NCBI GenBank assembly: GCA_903919035.1
Contig: CAIXGY010000139.1
Coordinates: 6,144 to 70,143 of the forward strand
Length of the DNA: 64,000 bases
DNA from: an uncultured Planctomycetaceae bacterium
GTDB lineage: Bacteria; Planctomycetota; Planctomycetia; Pirellulales; UBA1268
Direction of reading: 5' to 3'
The stretch's first letter is position 1; each line of letters begins with the position of its first letter. The translations under genes were made by a program, and so were the position numbers. A model generated the notes under the pieces. The model was not told the DNA's origin, searched no databases, and saw nothing but the letters and a program-made list of their open reading frames with translations. Positions 56,702-64,000 of this stretch are shown piece by piece.

Positions 56702-57526
56702 TCACACGTCGCAGACCGCCACGGCCTGCCGGAGGCCCGCCAGGGCGTCGCGGGTGGGGATGAACTCCTGCCCGACCCAGCCGGTGTAGCCGATGTCGAG
56801 CAGTTTCCGCATCAGCGCAGGGAAGTTGATCTCCTGGTTCTCGTCGAGCTCGCCGCGGCCGGGACAGCCCGCCACGTGCACGTGGCCGATGATGTCCTGG
56901 CATTGTTCCACGCGGCGGATCAGATCGCCGTTCATCACCTGCACGTGGTAGAAGTCGAACAGCAACTTCACCCGCGGCGAGCCGACCGCGCGGACGATGG
57001 ACGCCACCGCATCGAGGTCGTCGCCCTGATAGCCCGGATGGCCCTTCATCGGATGCGTGTCGTCGCGGGTATTCAAGTGCTCGAGGCAAATGGTCACGCC
57101 CTTCCGCTCCGCGTGCCCGGCAATTCTCTTGAGACCCGCCACGCAGTTCGCGGCCCCCTCGGCGGCCGGGATCTCGCCGCTCCGCGGATCGTCGGCGTCG
57201 CGCCACTTGTAGCCGGTGAAGGCGATCACGGCCGGCACGCCGGCGGCCGCACAGGCGTCGATCGCCTCGGTCGTGCGGGCGATCACCTCGTCGTGATAGC
57301 GCGGGTTGTTGAAGCCTTTCATGAACGGCGCGCCGGGCATGCCGTTGAAGGCGAGCGCACAGGTGAGCCCGTGCTTCTTCAGCGTCGGCCACTGGTCGGG
57401 CGTGGTCAGTTCGATCGAACCGCAGCCGAGCTCCACGGCGACGCGGCAGGTGTGTTCCAGATCCCACTGGTCTCCGGCGGCGTTGAAACACCAATACACA
57501 AGCGATTGCTTGATGCGCCCCTTCAC
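56702..57526 (-). CDS. hydroxypyruvate isomerase-like sugar-phosphate isomerase/epimerase (xylose-isomerase TIM barrel)
   Basis: 274 aa: [14 protein letters not shown]..., [47 protein letters not shown]. Confidence 0.8.
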   Translation of the reverse strand: MKGRIKQSLVYWCFNAAGDQWDLEHTCRVAVELGCGSIELTTPDQWPTLKKHGLTCALAFNGMPGAPFMKGFNNPRYHDEVIARTTEAIDACAAAGVPAVIAFTGYKWRDADDPRSGEIPAAEGAANCVAGLKRIAGHAERKGVTICLEHLNTRDDTHPMKGHPGYQGDDLDAVASIVRAVGSPRVKLLFDFYHVQVMNGDLIRRVEQCQDIIGHVHVAGCPGRGELDENQEINFPALMRKLLDIGYTGWVGQEFIPTRDALAGLRQAVAVCDV

Positions 57527-57651
57527 GGTGCAGTCTCCTGTGGCAGGGTAGAACGAGGTGCCGCACGACCAGCGCCGCGGCGAAAAACGTCGCTACACTA
57601 TCAGGCCGACCACTGCCTCCGGAAGCGGGGCCCCGACCACGCGGAACAGCC

Positions 57652-58626
57652 ATGTCCACATCGAAGCGAATCCTGGTGACCGGCGGCGCCGGCTTTCTCG
57701 GCAGCCACCTCTGCGAGCGGCTCGTGGGCGACGGCCACGACGTCGTCTGCGTCGACAACTTCTTCACGAGCCAGAAATCGAACGTCGCTCACCTGCTCGG
57801 CAAGCCCAACTTCGAGCTCATCCGCCACGACATCGTCCATCCGCTGTGGCTCGAGGTCGACGAGATCTACAACCTCGCCTGCCCGGCGTCGCCGGGCCAC
57901 TATCAGTTCAACCCGATCAAGACGATGAAGACGAGCGTGATCGGCGCGATCAACGTGCTCGGCATGGCCCGCCGCTGCCGGGCGAAGGTGCTGCAGGCGT
58001 CCACGAGCGAGGTCTACGGCGACCCGGAGATCCATCCGCAGCCCGAGAGCTACCGCGGTGCCGTGAACCCGATCGGCCCGCGGGCCTGCTACGACGAGGG
58101 CAAACGGGCGGCCGAGACGCTGTTCATGGATTACCACCGGACCAACAAGGTCAACGTCCGCATCGTGCGGATCTTCAACACCTACGGTCCGCGGATGCAT
58201 CCGTACGACGGCCGAGTGGTGTCCAACTTCATCCGCCAGGCCCTGGTCGGCGACCCGATCACGATCTTCGGTTCCGGCAACCAGACCCGCAGTTTCTGCT
58301 ACCGCGACGACCTCGTTGAAGCCATTATCCGAATGATGAACGGCCCCGACGACTTTCCCGGGCCCGTGAACATCGGCAATCCCGGCGAATTCACGATCCG
58401 CCAACTCGCCGAACTCACGCTGGAGTTGACTGGTTCGAAGTCCAAACTCGTGACAAAGCCGCTGCCGGTGGACGACCCGGAACGGCGGCGTCCCGACATC
58501 ACGCTGGCGAAGGCGCGACTCGGATGGGAGCCGCGGGTGCCCCTCCGCGAGGGACTCGCGAAGACGATCGAGTGGTTCAAGTCGGTGAATCTCGCCGACT
58601 ACCGTGCTCCGACACCGAACTACTGA
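57652..58626 (+). CDS. UDP-glucuronate decarboxylase (UDP-xylose synthase)
   Basis: 324 aa. [14 protein letters not shown], the catalytic YDEGKR, and [11 protein letters not shown], typical of UXS-type SDR enzymes. Confidence 0.9.
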   Translation: MSTSKRILVTGGAGFLGSHLCERLVGDGHDVVCVDNFFTSQKSNVAHLLGKPNFELIRHDIVHPLWLEVDEIYNLACPASPGHYQFNPIKTMKTSVIGAINVLGMARRCRAKVLQASTSEVYGDPEIHPQPESYRGAVNPIGPRACYDEGKRAAETLFMDYHRTNKVNVRIVRIFNTYGPRMHPYDGRVVSNFIRQALVGDPITIFGSGNQTRSFCYRDDLVEAIIRMMNGPDDFPGPVNIGNPGEFTIRQLAELTLELTGSKSKLVTKPLPVDDPERRRPDITLAKARLGWEPRVPLREGLAKTIEWFKSVNLADYRAPTPNY

Positions 58627-59057
58627 CGCGGCTCGCCCGTTGCGTCGCGTCGACCGCCCGCGACGGCGGCCGCGGCCCAGACCAACGCCAAGCCCAGAGT
58701 GACGCCGGCGACGTCGAAGACCCAATCGAGCGGGTCGGCGGTGCGCCGGAACCAGGGTAGCGGCTGGGTGACCTCGTCGACGAAGGCGAAGACGGCCAAC
58801 GCCGCACCCGCGCCGAGCGCGGTGCGGAGCGTCGGCCGCGACGATGCGGCCAGCGTCGCCGCCACCAGTGCGCCGAGTACCGCGTAGGCACCGACGTGCA
58901 TGAGTTTGTCGGACGGCGGGTTGGGGCCGAGCAACTCCTGCGGCTTCGGGTAGTGCGTCGCCCAGACGAGGAATCCGGTGTAGGCGGCCGTGGTGGCTGC
59001 GAGCAGTCTGGCAAGCCGGTCGCGCGAGGCCGAGAGACGGTGGTCGGAGTCGCGCAT
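58620..59057 (-). CDS. VanZ-like family membrane protein
   Basis: Track ORF 58620..59099 trimmed to MRDSDHRLS. Motifs [14 protein letters not shown] and DEVTQ...[10 protein letters not shown]. The 3' end overlaps the UXS 3' end by 7 nt (convergent). Confidence 0.6.
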   Translation of the reverse strand: MRDSDHRLSASRDRLARLLAATTAAYTGFLVWATHYPKPQELLGPNPPSDKLMHVGAYAVLGALVAATLAASSRPTLRTALGAGAALAVFAFVDEVTQPLPWFRRTADPLDWVFDVAGVTLGLALVWAAAAVAGGRRDATGEPRQ

Positions 59058-59221
59058 GACGTGCGGCCGGGGTGGGCACCTACCCGCGAAAACGTCCAAG
59101 ACTACCCCGATTTTTGGTCTTCGCCCAAGGCCATCGCTTCGCTACCGTCCGCCACCCTGGAGCCCGCCTCGGTGGTGCCGCCAGCCCGACATGCCCGTTC
59201 ACTCCCGGAGTCGCCGCCGCC

Positions 59222-59488
59222 ATGAACCGCTCGGACCTGTCGACCGTCGTCCTCGAGCTCCTGGAAAAGGAAACCGGTGAGACCTATGCCGGCATCGACG
59301 ACTCGACGACCCTCCGCGAGGGGCTGAATCTCGATTCACTCGACATGGCCGGCCTGGTGCTGCACATCGAGGGCCACTTCGGCATCCAGATCGAAACCGA
59401 ACTGCTCGAGAGCATCCTGACCGTGGGCGACATGCTCGACGTCCTGGAGCGGAAGCTCGCCGCCAAGGCGGGCAAGACCGCTGCCTGA
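59222..59488 (+). CDS. acyl carrier protein (stand-alone)
   Basis: Track ORF 59072..59488 trimmed to ATG 59222 (MNRSDLSTVV). 88 aa with the phosphopantetheine site GLNLDSLDMAGLV. Confidence 0.8.
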   Translation: MNRSDLSTVVLELLEKETGETYAGIDDSTTLREGLNLDSLDMAGLVLHIEGHFGIQIETELLESILTVGDMLDVLERKLAAKAGKTAA

Positions 59489-59540
59489 TCCGGCGGGCCG
59501 TTTCCGTAGTCCGGCGTCCGTCACGTCCGAGACAGCCGCC

Positions 59541-60470
59541 ATGCACACGACTCCATCAACAGCCCATGCCGGTCAGCCCGCCGCCTGCGGGATCACCGGC
59601 CACGCGCTGGTGTCGGCCCGGCTCTCCGACATTTCGGCACTCCGCGAGCGCCCCGCGCCCCCCGGCGCACCCGCGCTGCCGGCGCGATTCCTGCGCCACT
59701 GCGATGAGCACGCGGTCGTCGGCATGCACGCCATCCTCCGCGTGCTTGCCTCCCGCGGGCCCGAATGCTCCGATGTGTCGCGACACGCCGTGGTGTCGGC
59801 TTCGTGCCAGCTCGGTCGGCTCGCCGCCGCGAAGACGCTCGCGAATCTCGCGACGGGAGGTGGCGTGAGCGTGTCGCCCCACATCGTTCCCCAGTGCTCG
59901 CTGCATTCGGTCGCCGGCGCGGTGAGCGTGGGTCTCGGGATGCACGGTCCCCATCTCGGCGTGGGCGGCGGCACCGACGCGCTGGCCGAGGGTCTCTTCG
60001 CCGCGGCCACGCTGATGCGGGCGTCGGGGACGACGGGCGAACCGCCCTGCGTGTGGCTCGTGGCCACCGAGTGGGAGGGCGAGCCGGCGCTCGACGACGC
60101 GGGAACGCCGGTCGACGACCAGGTCTGCAGCGGACTCGCGGTGGCGATCGAGCCCGACGCACCCGACCAGGCCACCGACGATGACCGCCACCGCGTCGCG
60201 GCACCGTTTCGCACCGTCCCCGCACCACTGCGCAAGGCCGCGGTCACGACGTCATCGCTCTCGCTCACGCTCCGCTTCCCGGAGGCTGCGCGGCTCCGGG
60301 TGGTGACGCCGTCGGCAACGGGCCGGCTGGCCGACTTCGCCCGCGCGCTCGACATGTGCCGTGAGGGAACGGCTCTCGTGTCGTGGGCGCTCGAGTGCCC
60401 GTGGGGTGCCGAGATCCGCGTGTCCCGCCGGCCCGGCGCCGCGACAGAGCGGCTGCGGGGGGCGGCATGA
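59541..60470 (+). CDS. beta-ketoacyl synthase N-terminal-like protein lacking the catalytic Cys (CLF-like)
   Basis: 309 aa. VSPHIVPQCSLHSVAGAVSVGLGMHGPHLGVGGGTDALAEGL aligns by eye with the FabF block [38 protein letters not shown], but has no Cys at the nucleophile position. The His-bearing C-terminal half is absent. ATGA overlap with the next gene. Confidence 0.6.
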   Translation: MHTTPSTAHAGQPAACGITGHALVSARLSDISALRERPAPPGAPALPARFLRHCDEHAVVGMHAILRVLASRGPECSDVSRHAVVSASCQLGRLAAAKTLANLATGGGVSVSPHIVPQCSLHSVAGAVSVGLGMHGPHLGVGGGTDALAEGLFAAATLMRASGTTGEPPCVWLVATEWEGEPALDDAGTPVDDQVCSGLAVAIEPDAPDQATDDDRHRVAAPFRTVPAPLRKAAVTTSSLSLTLRFPEAARLRVVTPSATGRLADFARALDMCREGTALVSWALECPWGAEIRVSRRPGAATERLRGAA

Positions 60471-61717
60471 GCGGGATCCGCTCGGTCTCGAGCAACCGGG
60501 AACCGGTGGTGATCACCGGCGTGGGTGCCGTCTCGCCGCTGGGCAACTCGTTGGCAGAGATCGCCGACAACCTGCTCGCCGGCAGATCCGGCATCCGTGA
60601 CATCGACCCCGGCCCGCTGGCCCGCGAGCCGCGGCAATTCGCCGCGGCCGTGGCCGAGATTCCGGAACCGCCCGCTGGCGCCGCGTGCATGGCGGCCACC
60701 GATCCGGATCCAATCGACCGGCTGGGGCGGCTGTGTCTCGTGCCCACGGCGGCGGCGCTCGCCGACTCCGGATTGCCCCGGGATCCGGCCGCGGCCCCAC
60801 GAATCGGGCTCGTGCTCGGTCTTGGCGCGGAGCACCTCAAGGCGTGGGAGATCGACTTTCACGCCGGCGGCCGGCGGGTCTTCGTGCCGCGCCGCGAGGC
60901 GAGTCTCGCCCACGCGATCGCTTCCGCCGTCGGCATCGGCGGGCCGGTGGTGACCGCCGCCGCGGCATGCGCGTCGAGCGGCTACGCGCTGGCGCTGGCG
61001 AAGACGTGGCTCGACGCCGGCTGGGTCGATGCGTGCGTGGCCGGTGGATGCGACGTGCTCAGCCCCACGGCGATCGCGGCCTTCTACAACCTGCGGGCCC
61101 TGTCGCGGCGCGGCGACGACCCGACCAAGGCGTCGCGGCCGTTCGACCGCGACCGTGACGGCTTCGTGATGGGGGAGGGCGGGGCGATGTTCGTACTCGA
61201 ACGTCGTGCCGACGTGAAGGCCCGTGGCGGGCGGCTCTTGGGCGAACTCGCCGGCGTGGGCATGTCGAGTGACGGCGCCCACATGGTGATTCCGAGCAGC
61301 GATCCGGTGCACGCGGCGAGGGCCATCTCGGCGGCGCTCGCCGACGCGGGCGTCGCACCGGACGAGGTGGATTATGTGAACGCGCATGCCGCGGGCACTC
61401 CGGTGGGCGACGTGGCCGAGGCGGGGGCGATCCGGTTGGCGCTCGGTGCCGCCGCCGACCGCGTGCCGGTAAGTTCCACGAAGGGCGCCTCGGGCCATCT
61501 CGTGAGCGGCGCCGCGGCGTTCGAGGCGGTGGCGTGCCTCGCCGCCATCGACCGCCAGTCCATTCCGCCGACGCTCAACCTCGAGCAACCCGACCCGCAG
61601 TGCGCGCTCGATCACGTGCCCCTCGTGGCCCGGCCCCGGGCCGTCCGCGTGGCGGCGAGCAACTCGTTCGGCTTCGGCGGCTCGAACCTGTGCCTCGTGA
61701 TCCGCAGGGCCGCCTGA
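60467..61717 (+). CDS. beta-ketoacyl-ACP synthase (FabF/KAS-II-like)
   Basis: Track ORF 60383..61717 trimmed to ATG 60467 (MSGIRSVSSNREPVVITGVG). Catalytic Cys block AAACASSG; His blocks VNAHAAGT and ASGHLVSGAA; C-terminal NSFGFGGSN. Confidence 0.85.
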   Translation: MSGIRSVSSNREPVVITGVGAVSPLGNSLAEIADNLLAGRSGIRDIDPGPLAREPRQFAAAVAEIPEPPAGAACMAATDPDPIDRLGRLCLVPTAAALADSGLPRDPAAAPRIGLVLGLGAEHLKAWEIDFHAGGRRVFVPRREASLAHAIASAVGIGGPVVTAAAACASSGYALALAKTWLDAGWVDACVAGGCDVLSPTAIAAFYNLRALSRRGDDPTKASRPFDRDRDGFVMGEGGAMFVLERRADVKARGGRLLGELAGVGMSSDGAHMVIPSSDPVHAARAISAALADAGVAPDEVDYVNAHAAGTPVGDVAEAGAIRLALGAAADRVPVSSTKGASGHLVSGAAAFEAVACLAAIDRQSIPPTLNLEQPDPQCALDHVPLVARPRAVRVAASNSFGFGGSNLCLVIRRAA

Positions 61718-61756
61718 CCACGGCGCCGTCCATCGATTCCAGCCGGAGACCACACC

Positions 61757-62419
61757 ATGCAGAAACCATCGTCCGCAGCCAGCGCCGCCGCCCCGCAGCC
61801 GGCGGCTCCTCCCGTTCCCGTGGCCACGCTCGACGCCCTGCTCGTGCACCTCGTGGCCCACTGGCACGACTTCGAGGTGGAACACAGCGAACAGGGCCTC
61901 CACGGCAGGCTCTGCGACCTGCACCGCTTCAACTTTCTCCTCTGGCACGAGGAGGACATCGCCCGTTCACCGGCGGTGAGCGACGGCCGGATCGCGCGGG
62001 TCAAGCGGGCCATCGACCGCTACAACCAGGCCCGCAACGACGCGATCGAGAAGGTGGACGACTGGCTGGTCGCCGACCTCGCGGCCCGTGGCGTCGCGGC
62101 CTCTCCCGACGCGCCCGCGGCCACGGAGACTCCCGGCGCCGCCCTCGACCGGCTCTCGATTCTGGAACTTCGGCGCTACCACATGCGGGAGCAGGTGGAG
62201 CGTCGCGACGCGGTGGCCGAGCATCGGGAGAAGGCCGCGGGTCGGCTGGTGATCCTCGACCAGCAGCGTGACCATCTCGTGACGGCGCTCGATCGGCTCC
62301 TCGGGGAGATCTACGCGGGCGAGCGGCCGCTCCGGGTGTTCCGGCAGATGAAGATGTACAACGACCCGACGCTCAATCCGCATCTTTATCGGGCGAAGCA
62401 GTTGGGTGCCGCCGCATAG
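61757..62419 (+). CDS. hypothetical protein, possibly DUF4254-like
   Basis: 220 aa with His/Glu-rich helical motifs (HLVAHWHDFEVEH, HRFNFLLWHEEDIAR, LELRRYHMREQVER). The family assignment is from memory only. Confidence 0.5.
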   Translation: MQKPSSAASAAAPQPAAPPVPVATLDALLVHLVAHWHDFEVEHSEQGLHGRLCDLHRFNFLLWHEEDIARSPAVSDGRIARVKRAIDRYNQARNDAIEKVDDWLVADLAARGVAASPDAPAATETPGAALDRLSILELRRYHMREQVERRDAVAEHREKAAGRLVILDQQRDHLVTALDRLLGEIYAGERPLRVFRQMKMYNDPTLNPHLYRAKQLGAAA

Positions 62420-62489
62420 CGGCCGGGGGGCCGGCGGGTCGTGTTTCGGCGTCCGGTGGCCGGTAGACTTGTCGTGAGTTTTCCACGAC

Positions 62490-62562
62490 GCCCCCGTAGC
62501 TCAGTGGATAGAGCGACGGTTTCCTAAACCGTAGGTCACAGGTTCGATCCCTGTCGGGGGTA
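62490..62562 (+). tRNA. tRNA-Arg (anticodon CCT)
   Basis: Hand-folded cloverleaf: acceptor GCCCCCG/CGGGGGT, D arm GCTC-AGTGGATA-GAGC, anticodon arm ACGGT-TTCCTAA-ACCGT (CCT), variable loop AGGTC, T arm ACAGG-TTCGATC-CCTGT, discriminator A. No encoded CCA. Confidence 0.9.
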
Positions 62563-62679
62563 CTGAGTTTTTGGGTCATCCTCCACGTCGAGCGATTTTC
62601 GCGGGCCGCGTGAAGGGTTGATGGCTCCTGATGGCCCCCGAACGCTCTTGGGCGCACTGAATCGCGCATTGTTTTCCGG

Positions 62680-62847
62680 TCACAGCCACGCGACGTCACC
62701 AGCCGCCGCATGCTGATGAATATCGCGTAGCAACTCAACCGTTTCCGGTTCCGGGCAAGGCTCCGCTGCATCGGACGGCGGGATCACCATCTCCGTGTCA
62801 ACGGCCACGATCAGCTTCGCGGTTTGAATGGAGCGGGTTCGCTTCAC
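62680..62847 (-). CDS. possible small protein (55 aa, GTG start)
   Basis: In-frame GTG at 62847 within track ORF 62680..62964. GTGA overlap with the stop of the upstream 54-aa ORF. No recognisable motif. Confidence 0.3.
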   Translation of the reverse strand: MKRTRSIQTAKLIVAVDTEMVIPPSDAAEPCPEPETVELLRDIHQHAAAGDVAWL

Positions 62848-63008
62848 GCGTTTTCCAGGTATCCGTAGGGCTGCCGCATGGCCTTCACCGCCCGCCGCAG
62901 TCGGCCGCTGACGGTGTCTTCCGCAGCCGCCCGCTTGCCGGCTTGGTGTCGCTCGAGCAACCACGGGAGCTCGGCCCGCACGGCAGCCTCGATCTCGGCG
63001 TCGCTCAT
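62844..63008 (-). CDS. possible small protein (54 aa)
   Basis: Track ORF 62844..63035 with an internal ATG at 63008 (MSDAEIEAAVRAELPWLL) that forms an ATGA overlap with the stop of the HTH antitoxin gene. Confidence 0.35.
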   Translation of the reverse strand: MSDAEIEAAVRAELPWLLERHQAGKRAAAEDTVSGRLRRAVKAMRQPYGYLENA

Positions 63009-63364
63009 CGGCTTGATTGATTCCATGGGCGGCATGGTCGATCCGCGGCTGCGGACTCGAATTCGAACTGCTTCAAGCGGACGCGGCCCTGGGGAAATCG
63101 CACCGTCAGCTCGAGTTCGCCGCCCATCGCCTTCATCACCTTGCGCAGCGTCGAGATCAGCATGTCGGACTGTCCTTCGAGCTTGGCCCAGCTTGGCTGC
63201 TTCATGCCCGCAGCACGAGCCATCTGAGTCTGCGTCTTGCCGAGAGCCGCGCGGATCTCGCTCAGCACCATCTCCGCCAGCAGCTCCTGCGTGCGGCGCG
63301 CAGCGATCCGTTTGGTCTTGGCGTTGCCCGTTCGGGCGACAAGTTCCCGGAATGTCTTCGCCAC
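63005..63364 (-). CDS. XRE-type helix-turn-helix antitoxin (HigA-like)
   Basis: 119 aa. HTH GKTQTQMARAAGMKQPSWAKLEGQ. Starts 1 nt after the toxin stop. The toxin-first gene order is typical of HigBA-type modules. Confidence 0.7.
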   Translation of the reverse strand: MAKTFRELVARTGNAKTKRIAARRTQELLAEMVLSEIRAALGKTQTQMARAAGMKQPSWAKLEGQSDMLISTLRKVMKAMGGELELTVRFPQGRVRLKQFEFESAAADRPCRPWNQSSR

Positions 63365-63365
63365 G

Positions 63366-63746
63366 TCACTCTGCTCCGCGTTTCTTGGTCAGCTTCTTCA
63401 AGGTCGAAAGGTGTTCGGCATACAGGATGTCGGCCTTGGTGATCAGTTGGCGGTAAAACGGCTGCTGCGGCTTGCCGCGCTTGTCTCCGCCCACTAGCAG
63501 GATCGCCGCCCGCGAGGGGTCGAAGGCGAACGCGATCCGCAGTGTGTGGTCGGCCACGTCGGCCCGGAGTTCCTTCATGTTTGGGAATTTCGAACCGTTG
63601 AGCGTGTCGGCGTGCGGGCGTCCCAGAGCCGGCCCGAACAACTCAAGCAGATTCACCTTGGCCTCGATCTCAGCCCGTTCCTCGTCGCCCAGCGTCTGGA
63701 ACCACTCATCGAAGACATCGGTCGTGGCCGCCGTCCACATGAGCAT
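63366..63746 (-). CDS. RelE/ParE-superfamily toxin (HigB / phage Gp49-like)
   Basis: 126 aa. FDEWFQTL..., MKELRADVADHTLRIAFAFDPSRAAILLVGGDKRGKPQQPFYRQLITKADILYAEHL matches the Gp49/HigB-like killer-protein pattern I recall. Confidence 0.75.
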   Translation of the reverse strand: MLMWTAATTDVFDEWFQTLGDEERAEIEAKVNLLELFGPALGRPHADTLNGSKFPNMKELRADVADHTLRIAFAFDPSRAAILLVGGDKRGKPQQPFYRQLITKADILYAEHLSTLKKLTKKRGAE

Positions 63747-64000
63747 CTATAGCCTACGGGCTATTGCCTGAAAAGGCAAGAAAACTGCCGGCGATCGCGG
63801 CGACGCGTGGCCGCGAATACCAAAGTTGTCCCCTCGCTTTGGTAGGCTCTCCGCCCAGGTCGGGCCTACGCACCAATGCCGCCTTCTATGCCGCCCCGAT
63901 CTTCCCGATCCTCTGTGCCACGGAGGCTCGCGACGATCTCGACCGCGCGAGGCGCGCCGACCCGAAGGCCCGCATGGGCACCTCCCGCAACGCCGTCCGC
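63743..64000 (+). CDS. possible CDS fragment running off the window (start unresolved)
   Basis: The frame is open from 63743 to the window end. From about 63872 the codons have strongly G/C third positions (..NAAFYAAPIFPILCATEARDDLDRARRADPKARMGTSRNAVR). There is no in-frame ATG; TTG at 63839 is a candidate start. Confidence 0.3.
63749..63764 (-). promoter_or_regulatory. perfect palindrome ATAGCC-tacg-GGCTAT just upstream of the toxin start (candidate operator)
   Basis: 6-bp arms with a 4-nt spacer, beginning 3 nt upstream of the start codon at 63746. TA operons are commonly autoregulated at such palindromes. Confidence 0.4.

Noticed and set aside
59573-61948. 791-aa minus-strand ORF
   Set aside because: It is antisense to the KS-like and KS genes, whose plus-strand frames contain the thiolase-fold active-site blocks.

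Overview
This is a very GC-rich bacterial chromosomal segment. By hand count, 75 of 100 nt are G+C at 20001-20100, and coding third positions are almost always G/C. The gene content looks like Planctomycetota: a YTV-repeat Cys-rich envelope-type protein, a formylglycine sulfatase, an ECF sigma factor with a membrane Ser/Thr kinase and a PQQ-like beta-propeller, a type III glutamine synthetase, and a BBP7-like barrel protein. I call 56 protein-coding genes (three of them weak), one tRNA-Arg(CCU), one strong bidirectional terminator, and a small family of intergenic inverted-repeat elements. I see no rRNA, CRISPR array, transposase or integrase. High GC fills the ORF track with long antisense shadow ORFs (for example 2321..5830, 31019..34087, 38685..40529, 47122..49770). 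I chose frames by recognisable protein motifs and G/C at third positions, and trimmed starts to signal peptides or to ATGA/GTGA-coupled start codons. Housekeeping content includes heme synthesis (hemA, a hemX/ccsA-like gene, hemE), ribBA, GS-III, rsmG, miaE, apbE and UDP-xylose synthase. There is also a seven-gene same-strand pyrimidine/pseudouridine salvage array (upp, pdp, nupC, btpA-like, psuK, psuG, plus an LRAT-like gene) with cdd divergent. The best follow-up candidates are: (1) a minimal ACP + Cys-less KS-like + KS + unknown four-gene module at 59222..62419; (2) an inverted-repeat-bounded ~245-nt intergenic element at 34432..34676 with a near-identical arm at 973..1009; (3) a 600-aa YTV-repeat protein with charge-segregated repeat blocks and Cys/Gly caps; (4) a minus-strand operon of unknowns containing an 852-aa TPM-domain/coiled-coil membrane protein and an EF-hand protein; (5) a lower-GC toxin-antitoxin islet right after the tRNA; (6) an LRAT/NCEHF papain-like protein attached to the nucleoside array. 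All functional calls come from motif recognition by eye. No database search was run.
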